A DNA stretch of 44,311 nucleotides, the filler included, from Catajapyx aquilonaris (Eukaryota): the NCBI GenBank assembly GCA_000934665.2. It is 2 parts of 2 records of this genome, joined end to end, with 100 filler letters (N's around TTAATTAATTAA, not from the genome) between each part and the next. Parts side by side here need not be neighbours in the genome. Positions count along the whole stretch, not along the records: positions 1 to 22,033 come from JYFJ02005933.1; positions 22,134 to 44,311 come from JYFJ02005934.1. One strand, given 5' to 3'. A program made the translations under genes and the position numbers. Below, piece after piece: positions 21,103 to 33,200 of the stretch (its first letter is position 1; every line of letters starts with the position of its first letter). The notes beneath the pieces were generated by a model that was not told the DNA's origin, made no database searches, and saw nothing but the letters and a program-made list of their open reading frames with translations.

Positions 21103-22033
21103 TGTCAGGACCCTTGACCTGACCCCTGACCTACCTAGCCTAGTCGCAGGGCGTGGGAATAAGAGACCGGTAGGAGGTTAAAGCAGTGTATTGCAGGAGT
21201 GATACAAGAGACTGAAGAGAGAGAGTCTTCTCGAGGGCCGAAGCCCCCTTCCTTTTATACAGTATTACAGCCACCAGATGGCGCACAAGAACAGGGACAA
21301 TTTCCAAAAGAGGATAAATGCTGGAACCACACACGTGGTCCCCACATACCCCCCTACTTCAAAAACCTGGAGTGACACCGCTCCAGCACACATTCAAAAC
21401 AATTTCAATTATCAAGCCAATCAAGTCCAAAAAAAATTTCAAACAGCAACAGCCCCCCAAAAGGTAAGTTCACTCTAGACACTAAAATTCAATCCGAACC
21501 CACAAACATGTACACAAGTCCACGTACACATCCACCACTGGAACTCGGTTGCAGTATCCAAGCAGCAGCACACACAGGTCAGCCATGGTCCACTGGTCCA
21601 GAAGTCCAGTCGGCACCACCAAGCACACCTTCGTAGAATGGTCCGAACTTCGGAGGCCTCTTCTTCGAATACATCCACGGTGTCCTTCCAGAACGTCGGA
21701 AGCAGCACCAGTCCAGAGCACCAGGCTCCAGACACGTGACACACCCACCAGGGCATGTGCACCGGTCAGGAATGTCCTCCCAACCAAGGCAACACGACGA
21801 GTGACTCAAACATGTCACCGGAGAGCAGTAGCTGGACTTGACCCACCTTCGTCATCAAGGTCAGCACCGGAACCACGTGCTCGCAGCTCCAGGAATTCTT
21901 CTGAAGGCGACGACAACTCGACATCGTCCACCTCTCCTTCCAACCTCCTCTCCATCCATCCTCCAGCTGAGCGCAGCCGGAACAGCCAAACAGCAACATC
22001 CTTCGTCAGATAAAAGCAGCAGGCCGCACTGGA
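21103..22033 (-). mobile_element. Probable LTR, truncated by the gap
   Basis: On the minus strand: TATAAAAG, a pyrimidine-rich R-like stretch, AATACA and a ...CTGACA terminus. Abrupt shift to GC-rich sequence. The other end is lost in the Ns. Confidence 0.5.
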
Positions 22034-22133
22034 NNNNNNNNNNNNNNNNNNNNNNNNNNNNNNNNNNNNNNNNNNNNTTAATTAATTAANNNNNNNNNNN
22101 NNNNNNNNNNNNNNNNNNNNNNNNNNNNNNNNN
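22034..22133. other. Assembly gap with an artificial six-frame-stop linker
   Basis: 44 N + TTAATTAATTAA + 44 N = exactly 100 nt. Confidence 0.95.
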
Positions 22134-23336
22134 TTTTAGACAGGGGATCTGTAAAATTATCATTTGAGGACAATGCCGGGGTGAAAAAATATTAACAGAA
22201 GAAAACAATTGAAAATAATCCAGCTGTGGCACCAGACGGGCTTCGAACCCCTGAGGCATCCAGCCTTTGCTGGCATTCGCTCTTGTTTGATGGGTTCTTA
22301 TCATTCAAATGACTCCCCCCCTTCCCACACTCCTTTTAAATGCATCAATTAGTTAATAATTGCAGCAGCACACAAAAGCAAACAGAATGCTTCCTAAGTT
22401 CAATGATATCTTATTATATGCAGAATGCAGCCATCAAGCTCGTATGCGCGCATTTAGTGAAAGGACACGATGGTTATATTTATCCTCCGGCATGGGCAAG
22501 TCAAAAAATATCAAAAAAAAGGCTTTATCGCTTACGGGGTACGCAAGGTCAGCCCAGCGACCCCCGCCTGGTTCCGTAGCCAGCCCAACCCCCCAAGCCC
22601 TGTTGCCGCTGACTCGCTTCTGTTATCATGCCGTGTGGGTTGCTTAGGATAGCCAGGATAAAGCTCGTTTGCGGGGGGTATGAAACTATCTGTCGTATAT
22701 AGTACATCATTTACATCAATCACGTGACCAGATCGCCTGAGAGATTCAGGGGCGATATAGAACAAATGACAGGGTGTCGACAACCACCTGCAAAGAGAAA
22801 CATCGCCGTAGCAATAGATTGGTGTTGGATCACAAATGACGGGGAGGTGAGCAGAAATAGACCGGTGAAATTTTCCCAGCATCGATAAGTCAATGACGGT
22901 ACGTGGATAACAGCAAATAGATGTCCAGTCCCTCTGTAAACGATCGCGCTGGGGATATCCTGGCCATGGAGCTGCATAATGTCTGGGCGATATACTGTCC
23001 CTCTTGCTTTATAGATAATTCTCGGGCAGTGACTTGAAGGCATCAGAAAAATATATTCAGAGTCACATCGGTACGATGTTATCCTGGGAATATCTCGCAC
23101 ATATTTTTAGGGCGTTATCGCGCATCGCCGCGGCGAAAGCTCGGCGATCATCATGCGACAATTCAGTGTTACTTGGGTAGTTGATGACAAGGCCCAGTAT
23201 TTACCTTTCCTGGATCCTGAGCCATTGAAGGTCCGCCTGCCTGGTAAAGATATGGATTTAATATGGTAGGCTACCACAGGGTTCATTTTTGAAAATAGAA
23301 ACATGTGCAGCAAGGGTAGAAAGGCCTATCAAGACT

Positions 23337-23340
<4 letters not shown>

Positions 23341-23404
<64 letters not shown>
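23341..23404. repeat. (AT)n microsatellite
   Basis: Pure AT dinucleotide run. Confidence 0.95.
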
Positions 23405-23407
<3 letters not shown>

Positions 23408-24559
23408 GACATTTTCGCCCTTTATGATGTCCTGTACAGGCGCGTAGGCAGAGAAAATTTCGGAGGGGGCCAGGGGGTCCATTTCATAAGCCGGAAGTGG
23501 TACTATATCGCTCAAAAACATAAGAGATGATTTTGCATTTGACTCAAGTGCATCCTGCACGTGAATCAAATGCAAAATCGTCTCGATGTTTTTGAGCGAT
23601 ATAGTACATGCAACATGCTGAGCAGACTCTCTCAACCCAAGCTTGAAGTGAACAACAATAATATTATTGCTTCCAGGTAGGCAATGGCTGGTGGGCAATG
23701 AATCTTGACAGTTCATAATAATGTTGCAGATGGACATCCCAGTCAAGATTGGTGGTGGACATGAATGTTGTTGACTGACCAGTGCTGACTGAAGTTGCGT
23801 TTCTGACTCCAAGGTCATGAAGGAGATTGGGGCTATCTTTTACAGTTTTCCACATTTGAAAATAATTCCCAGTTTCACTGCAATCAGAATCAGCTACAGC
23901 TCCACCCAGCCCCCAGACACTACCTCTACGTTCTTATCTTATCGCCTGCCGGGGCGTTTTGCAGGAGGTGCTCACCTGAGAGCGCCATGAGACCTTTTAG
24001 TGCACTGCTATGTGGCGACCCTACCGGACTAGGCTGAACTTTATATTTATAGTGGGCTGCGAGTGAAGTAATCCATTGTTTTTCCCTAGTTAGAAATAGG
24101 GCTTGGGGGGGGGGGGGGAATAGTCATCAAACAATGTGATCTATTGTATTCCTGCCTCAATAAATCAATTAACTTGATGTGTCTTCTTTGTTACTTACTC
24201 CTTGATTTTTTCCAAAGTTGTAAATAGGAAACTAGTCGACAATGTATTCCAGCTTCAATTGCAAAGTCTTCATAGGTGCTCAACACTTATTCCTGCTCAA
24301 GAATCAGAGGTTTTATGCGCATTGTTAATGTTTAATTATATTTCAGGACTACAATGGATGTATATGTATGTCACCCATCCTGTGTCCTACCTGAATTGTT
24401 GGAACAGGATTTACATTGTCAGATGTGAGTAGAGTATGTTGTAAGTGTTATAAAGCTCTGTGAATCAGAAGTGAGAGGAATGTTGAAATTAAGTTGGTTA
24501 CAACAGTAGTCATTTCAATTATTTTATTTCCCTTCTACAAATCATTTCCCTTCTTCACA

Positions 24560-24792
24560 TCATTTTACGATATATTGTGGGGTGTTGCTATTCTTGTTGA
24601 GACATTGAGTGTCAGCCCATTGGTAGAGGTGTTCGGAGGCCATCTTCAAACAGTGTGTCTCACCCCTTCGGTTCATTGGTTGCCTATTTGCCCAGTCGTA
24701 AAAGGAAATAGGTCGTTTCTGGTCATCCCATATCCAGCTCCCTTCATGACCCAGATCATTCCCGGCTAGCCAAAAATCTTCTTCAAAGCCCT
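24560..24792 (-). CDS. Orphan terminal exon encoding the C-terminal half of a C-type lectin domain (possibly pseudogenised)
   Basis: tttttccag|EGFEEDFWLAGNDLGHEGSWIWDDQKRPISFYDWANRQPMNRRGETHCLKMASEHLYQWADTQCLNKNSNTPQYIVK* follows the CTLD pattern WIG.D...EG.W.W...W...QP.N...C...W.D..C. Minus-strand AATAAA at 24523-24528. Upstream exons not found. Confidence 0.8.
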
Positions 24793-25509
24793 CTGGAAAA
24801 AATATATATTACCAACATGAATTACTTAATTAATTTCATATACGGCTGGTTCCATTTCAATCCAGACAGAGGGTGCCCAGTCATGGTCTTAGATTTTGTA
24901 AAAAAATATATATATGTGAAACCCACATCCAATTGAACCCTTATGGAGCAATCGGTTTTACGAGATTAAATTTAGTTATCGAGATATTAATATTTCTTTC
25001 AAGGGGTACCAAAATAACCTTCACGGGAAGGTGCACTTTTTCCATTGCTTTCAATGAGTATATCTCGGGAACTGTTCTGAAAACCAGCATAAAATTTTAA
25101 ACTCATGCTTTTGGAATAACACGCTGTTATGTAATGCATAAATTTACCTTATTTAATGGTACAGTCACCTGCAAAAAATCTCCAACATTGCATATTTTGG
25201 TCAAAATTCGCATATTTCGCAATATATTACGGCGTTATGGTAAACGTGACGGTTATGCCGATTTTATTTTGATATACTCGGTGACCCCCTACAGGTTATG
25301 CAATAAAACCTTTGCTAGCTCCGCGTGTAGTTGAGATATGCGAGGTGAAAATATGGCAACAAGCGAAAACACGCATATTTCAAAATTTATTTTCTCAAAA
25401 ACCCCATTTTTAATTTTTGATTTTACACGGACAGACAGGTTTTAAAATGAGGTAGTGTCAAAACCCGGTGCATACTTGGTGTAATGGATAACGGCTTATT
25501 CTACAAATA

Positions 25510-25940
25510 CAGGGTGTATCAGAACTCTACCGTAAGCTATGTGCCAATGGCATAAGGGGCACCAGAGCATCATTATATGTAGAGGGGTCATCATGTCTAG
25601 GCAGCCTCATTTAATTGCCTTCAAACACGTAGTACAAAGTATCCTGGGAGGTATGGAAACCTTCAGCTCCGACATCGCATCACTCGTGAAAATAGCAGCT
25701 TTTCCATTTAGCTACTAACATGTCGCATGTGTACTGCATGTCGCATGTGATCTGTGACAATTTGTGACAATCTGTGACAATCTGTGACAATCACTCTTAG
25801 GCCCAATTGCTAAATCGCAAATGATCAATTATCTCAGTAATGAGGCTGCCCAGACATAATGACTCCTCTACATTAATTGATCCCCTGGTGCCCATTAAGC
25901 CATTGGCATATGGCTTACGGTAGAGTTTTGATACACCCTG
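25510..25940. mobile_element. Tc1/mariner-like MITE
   Basis: TIRs of about 100 bp starting CAGGGTGTATCA, TA TSD. Confidence 0.85.
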
Positions 25941-26209
25941 TATAGAGGACCCAGGTTCGAGCCCCCTAAGAGCATTAACCGCCACCACATTTCAAAAAAT
26001 TCGCGCTGTAACCAGGAGCAGCCTCGTAACGGTTTCAGATTGGCACCATTGGTATGATTGACAACACTGGTATGATTCGCGCGCTGTTGTAACCGTCACC
26101 AAAAAATATTCACGCTGTAATGGTTTCTGCACTACCTGTACAGCATGGATCGCTATTCTCACCTGATTGATATGTGCACGAGTACATACTAATTGATTTC
26201 CGATAACTG

Positions 26210-26550
26210 ATCGATAGGTTCTTATCTGTGATTGGTTCTTACCTGTGCTGGGAACATCTGTGCATGCCTTGTATGAGTATGTGACGAAAAATCACGGTTT
26301 AAAAATAAATCACGGTTTCTAATGAGGGTAATTAAGGTAATTAAGCTAATTCGCTCAAGGTCACTCCCTAATGATTATTGATCGATTGGTTCATTGACAC
26401 CTGTGCATGCCCTGTACGAGTATGTGACCTCATCTATACGAGTAATTGACGAAAAATCACGGTTTAAAAATAAATCACGGTTTCTCACTAAGCTATTAAG
26501 GTCACTAAGACTCATTGAAAGTAATTAGCTCAAGGTCACTCCCTAATCAG
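26210..26550. repeat. Two imperfect direct repeats of about 170 bp
   Basis: CTGTGCATGCC...GACGAAAAATCACGGTTTAAAAATAAATCACGGTTTCT...GCTCAAGGTCACTCCCTAAT occurs twice. Confidence 0.75.
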
Positions 26551-26740
26551 CCCCAAAATATAACTACTTCAATACAGGTTAGATGCAGCCATGGTGCTGC
26601 ATCTAACCTGTATTGTGTTGCAGAGCTGCCATTGATTGCCTTGAAATAGTACAAGTAGCTGCAATGACCTGATTGTCAACAGCCATAATCACAAATTGAC
26701 TCAGCTGGTGTTTATTTCAAGCATGTGGGTCACTTTAGAT

Positions 26741-27142
26741 CAGTGGTTCCCAAACTATGGGCCGCGAGGCTCCTCCAAGTGGGCCGCGAGCTTTAATTTT
26801 TTTTTAACTATGAAATAATGATCTTGCGAAATGAGGAGCAAGAGCACAGTACGTAAAAAAAATACATATATTGTGTAGCATGATTTTTGCAGCTCTCAAT
26901 AAGGGAGGTGACTCTCACTCAAAAGATTGGGTCGAGTCTTTTTCGCCCAGCTGTGACACTTGACAAATTCCCTCGAATACACACTCATTCAAATCTCCCA
27001 CATTCACCTAGGCTCGTGTGACCTTGAACTCCCCCAAAAAATTACGGCTGCGGCGGGCTTTCTCCCCCACTACCTAGGTGGGCCGCGAGATATTTTCCCT
27101 ATCTAATGTGGGCCGCGACCAAAAAAAGTTTGGGAATCACTG
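26741..27142. mobile_element. hAT MITE
   Basis: TIRs CAGTG(G/A)TTCCCAAACT, perfect 8-bp TSD CTTTAGAT, subterminal GGGCCGCG motifs. Confidence 0.92.
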
Positions 27143-27242
27143 CTTTAGATATAAGATAATTAGACTAGAAGAATTTGGTGTTTTAGAACTGTTTAATAAA
27201 TGGGACATAACAAAAACTTGTACTGTAATATAAGGATCTGGG

Positions 27243-30200
27243 TCATCTAATGGTAAGATTATTATTGCTGCTCTTCCATGCTGCCCCTATCCACAGAGTG
27301 AACTGCAGTAAAGTCAATCTAAACAGCTGCCACTGTTCCTGCATACGAGTCCACAACATCTTCGCAACTGATTCACACTGCTTTGCCCTCTCCCCATACA
27401 CCACCTTGATGCAACTTCTAGACATGGACAATAGTGATGACTGGCTCCGACTCACTCCTAATGAGGAGTCAATGCCTCGTAGCAAATCATTAGTTTTGAA
27501 TGCTAGCAACATTTCCCGCGGTACTGTATCTAAAACAATGGATATCTCGGGAAGGTACTGTGATACATTGGTCTGAAGTACAGCCTGCTCACCCTTTTCT
27601 TCTGACTTCTTATGAATACCTGAAACAATGGTAGCCCAAGGACGAGCTGCCAACATCACTGCAACTATGCCATAGAATCGTTCCACATTCAACTCGCGTG
27701 CTGCAACACGCATCCCTTCAACATCAGCACTAAGTATTGCCAGCCACATTCGTGCATATGATGATTTAAAGCTTGGGCTCATCTCCAGATACAGTCCATG
27801 GTCCAACAAAGTCACCTCTAATTTATTGCCAGGCTGGCAATGGATCAGTATGTTTCCTGGGTGGGGGTCACAATGGACAAGTCCTTCCTTGAAGATCATC
27901 TCAGCATACAGTTGGCCCAAACGGTTAGACACATCTTGGGGGTTTATCCCATTATTGCGAAGAAAAGAAAGGTCATTCACTTGACCTCCAGGGCAGAATT
28001 CCATCGTCAACACCCGACTAGTTGTCATGTCCCAGTAGATCTCTGGAATCTGATAGTGTGATGATTAAACAACTGGCATCAAGGGTTCAAAACATTATCC
28101 TATCCATTTTTCTGCTTTTGTTGGTATCACATACAAGCCCCCAGTGAAGACTTTGCAAAGCCATTTCCTAAAGATTCTGTCAACATATTACTAATTGAGC
28201 AGCACATTTCTGTTACATTTTAAATGCTAAATGAACTCTGAGTGTAGTGATTTACAATATTACTTGCAGAGATGGTTAAACCTCATTCTTTTCAGGCAAA
28301 CCATAAAGGATGCCAGTTTACAACAGCATATACCCTACTGTGCAAGAAAAAAATACAGTAAAACTTGTATAAGTCAAACTTCCCTAAGTCGAAGTTCTCT
28401 ATAAATCAAATTAAATTATGAGCTTGGTTGGTCACAATGTAAAATAATAGGAAATAAACTTCCCTAACTCGAATTTCTATAACTCGAAGTTCTACATAAC
28501 TTGAAGTGCTCGAAGGGCCTTTCGATGGGATATCAATGCATTTTCAGTCTCCCTAAGTTGAAGTTCATGTTGGCGAGTACGGAAAATTGTCTCATTTCCC
28601 AGCCGAAGGGTCGAGAGTAGGCCACATGTACAGAAAGGCTCACATCACATGGGCATCTTGCCAGTCGCAAAGTGGTAAATGGAAGATCACTTGGGGGTGA
28701 AATCTAGAAGGTTCGTGAAGTTGAAAATTCCACGCGCACCATGGCTAGACAACTCTGAACCACTGTGATGGGCAAATGACAGTCCATATCAACGTCCATC
28801 AACGTCAGTCCATCAACGACAGTTCATATCAACGTGTTGACAGTGACTACATAATTATGCAGGGATAGGACTTCTATCAGGAAAATAAGGGCGTACATTG
28901 GAAAAAAAAATCTGCCCAAGTTACAGGTGCATAACAATTGCACTGTTATTGTAGGGAAAGATACGTATCTCACTTGGTGCACTGAATCCGCCGCCGGTTG
29001 TCACCAGGGCTGACCTCAAATATGGACTCATGACTAAAAATGACCTTCGACCAGATCGCTTCCTCCATTTCCTTCTCTCCTTCGCCTATGCTAGTTTTTT
29101 CCCCTTTTGAACAGCCATCAAGAGAGCACGCGCCTTTCCCTACAATAACAGTGCAATTGTTATGGACCTGTAACTTATGCAGGATTTTTTTTCCAATGTA
29201 CACCCTTATTTTCCTGATACAAATCATATCCATGCATATGTAGCCACTGTCGACACGTTGATACAGACTGTTGTTTGCCCATCACAGAGGGTCAAAGTTG
29301 TCTTGCCATGGTGTGGCATGGGTATTTCATCTTTGCGAGCCTTCAAGATTTCACCCCCAAGTGATCTTCCACGTACCATGTTTGCGACTGACAAGATGCC
29401 CATATTGTCGGCCGGCGATCAAAACCTCGTAACTCCATTTTGCGCGAAAATGGACTTACGAGTGAGGTCAGTCGAGAAAATAAGAAAATAATCACCCGTG
29501 TACGCTCAAATCTTCGTATACCTCCAGTGACATCACAACGACATCTATTGACCAATTCTAAAACATTCATGAACAGAAAACATGATTTTACAAAATGTTT
29601 TTTGTCCCTCCTGTAAAATTTGGTCTTGAGGAGTTACGAGGTTCTGATCGCCGGCCGACGATATGATACATGATGAGAATGCCAATGGAACATTTCCATA
29701 TGCCTTACAATTTTCCCTATTACAGTGGTGTCACATCACCTGGCCGATTTATTTTGGCACAGCGACTGCTATGGACAAATTGTTCTGCACCTTGTGACAC
29801 ACTTTAAATACCTTGTATTAAATATGGTAATTATCCTAGAGGTTCCATATTAAGTGCAATCGTGGGCCAGGACCCATCCTTTTCGGTGGGCACCTTTCCA
29901 GTACCGTGGGTGTCAATTTATGAGCATGTGACGCCTCTTCGTAAATCGAGCAGCCACGATTTCAAGGTGGCCGAATTATTCTGGGTTAGGGCAAGTATAA
30001 TGATAACACCTGCATATATTCTGCAATCTGTTTCCCTTACCCTGAGCCATGGTATGTGTCCAAAAACTTTGCGTAATTTTTCTGCATTTTCCCCTTCTTG
30101 CATGAAATCCAGCTCTTTGGGCAAGTTTCGTTTTGTCTCATCTACCAGCCACTGGAATTTGAAGTCCGGAAAGATGCGTGAAACAATGTTCACTAAGGTC

Positions 30201-33200
30201 TCCATCATGTGCATGTCCACTTCAGAATATCGCTTAACCAGGGGGTGCTGAACTTTAACTGCAACTTCATTCCCATTGGGCAAAACAGCACGATGAACCT
30301 GTGCCAATGATGCTGTACCCAATGGTTTTGGATCAATCTCAGCAAATACATCCAATGGCTGAAAAGAGTGCATTATTATCAATGTCATGGGCATACAGAA
30401 GAAATCCACTGTCCAATTTCGGCAGTTTTGAGTTATTTACACCACTAAGGGCTGGTTGTAAGAATATGAGTTAAGGTTGACTACGAGTTAAGGTTGACTA
30501 CGAGTTAGCCTTGTACTTTTTGGAATCCATTGTTCTCTTGATATGGACAACTGGACCTACTCCAAAGGCCGAAAGACATCCCTAAACCATAACTGAACCA
30601 CCACAATATTTGACAGTAGGAGTCTGGTACTTGGGGTTGACTATCTGTCCTGTTTGTTTGGATCGGATGGTGTTAAATGGGTTAGACACCCAGTAGGAAC
30701 AGAGATAAAAACCTAAGTACCTGACACCATGATTCTATGGCGTGAAGATGCTGAGCTGTGATTAAGAATTGTGGCTGTGCCGCAAATTATTAATGTGATT
30801 TGTTTTTGATTAATTCTTGCATAGTTAAAGCAAGTAATTTTTTTTACAAAAGTTTTGTCCACCATGATTTCATCTGCATTAAATAATTCATAAATAATGC
30901 AAGCTTCTGGGACTTTTATTTAATGTAATTAATATAGTAAACACAAAGACCAAAAAAATCTCACCAGGAAAAGGACAAAGAATTGTCAAAAAGAAAATAA
31001 TCATTTTGTGCAAAGATTTTCACAGATGTTACTGTTTATAAGAATCTATACTCAATATCCTACTCGCCATTCTTTATTTAACAGTCTCAGGAATAAACAT
31101 TGATGAATTTGTGGAGATATGGTAGTTTCAAAATGTAATAAAGCAATATATTTCAATGTTATGGAATAAGTATTTAGTTACAAAATGTACCCTACACATA
31201 ATGAAATTCTGCTGCAAGGTTATGGTACAAACACATACATCACACTTGAGATCCTCCTTTAACACCTGCATCACATCCTTCATACGATGTGGTGGTGCCT
31301 TGCTGTGCAACACACTCAGTATCTGGACGTATTCAGGTGGGACCAAATAGTCCCATGCACCTATGTGCTGCCCCACTTTGATGAAGACACCACCATTAGC
31401 ACAGCACAAGGAGAGGAGCTTCTCTGCTGATCTCCGATGGACCTGATAAAAAATGTACATTTAAGTGAACATTGATTCCACAGGTCACACACATAAAATC
31501 TCTTTAATTAACTCCATGCAACTCTGCATGTCTCTATACAGGGTGTTTCAACTTTTTTGCCCCAACAGTTATCGGAAATATTGCACCAAGCTGCTACTTT
31601 GTAAGCAATGACTTGCAACCGGTTTGTCGGAGGTATGGGGAATATTCCCTGCGAATCTTAGGTTGAAGTGGCATACGTGCTTACAAAGTAGCAGCTTTAT
31701 TTGTGCAATATTTCCGATAACTGTTCGGACAAAAAAGTTGAAACATCCTGTGTTACTGTATTACCTCACTTAAAGCTGCATGACGGTGTAATCGAGGTCG
31801 ACCAGGTTTTATAAATGCACGAACTGGTGGCTATAGCGGCATGCTGGTGTAAGTGAGGTATGCCAGTATAAGGCAAGGTTTTCTTAAGCACAGCATTATC
31901 TCTATGAAAATTATTATTACTCAAATGAATGCATTACACCATGTTCTATGGTGAAGACACAGCCCAGGACACTTCTATCGCCTGACGCATGCCATAAGAT
32001 CGTTCGTTAAGTTCAGATTTCATGGCAACATTTTCAATTAAAAGTGCAAGGCTGCAGGCTGCAGGCTGCAGGCTGCAGGCTTGGGCTGCAGGCTGGGCTT
32101 GGATTTTATCTGAGTAACGAGGCTTTTAATAGAAATTGATACCACTACACAAAGTGATCCTCTGATTGCCAATGAGATCTGCGATCAGCAAACTATTGAG
32201 CAAAACGAAGGACTGCAGGAATTTGTCTTGATCCTTTGTAATGCTTTTAGGGGGATTCCCTTCTCATATCAGGCTGGATATGGCCTTGGTCACACTCTAT
32301 GCCATGTGCAACAGATGAACTTGCATATTCTCACAGCCCTGTAGGCCTGTACAGTACTAGCACATTTTTCACCATAACTTTATTTTAGTACAGGTACCAG
32401 ATGCATTCCAAAAAATTTGACAAGCATCAAAATTATAGAAATCTACCTCGGTTATTGCTACATGCCGGCCATGCCCCGGGCTATACCAGCATGTTGGTCG
32501 ACCTCGTTTTATACCTGCATGCCGCTTTAAATGAGGTAATATGGTAACAGTTTCATGCACGTGTGATAATAGTGCCCTGTGTATAAAAGAAAGAATGCCT
32601 TTTGATGCGATGCCTCTAGGGATTATCTGAATTCATGTATAACCCTGCTAATGATAATAATCTTACTGCCATATGGCAATGATGAAACTGTGAGCATGAC
32701 AGTCCAGACAGGTTTGCTGTCATGTAGGAGATGGGAATGTCCTAGAGTCACTGGCTGAAAGGGCTACTGCAGTCCTTTGCTAAATCCTAACTGCCCTGGA
32801 AATGCATACATTTTCACATTATTTTACTCATCTCCAGTTTTTGAACCGGCACCTATAAAGCAGGTTTTTTTTAAAACCGGTTTTGACTTGCTTTTAGCAT
32901 ATTATTCATAAAATTTTATTCTCGCAAATCTTAATCATCCCTTTTGCCTTTCTCCCCCAAGAGTGGAAGGTCGCAAATTGCTGTGTACCTCCAGCACACA
33001 GCCTAGCATCTACAAGATTTGTCTACTAGTACGTATTTCATCTTATACTTTTGGTATGTGGGAGATGTGATGAATAATAATTGAAATGCTGGCCTAGAGC
33101 AACAAAAAAGGTTAATTGGTGTTAATCCCCACACATCGTACCTAACTCATTTCACCAAAAATATGTAAGATTTCTTTTCATTTCAAAAGATGACTATACA

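Noticed and set aside
21475..22033. Several overlapping ORFs of 77-154 aa
   Set aside because: GC-rich low-complexity frames on both strands with no recognisable motif; probably LTR sequence.
24560..24562. Selenocysteine at the lectin TGA
   Set aside because: No SECIS-like hairpin seen before the nearby AATAAA; a micro-insertion explains it more simply.
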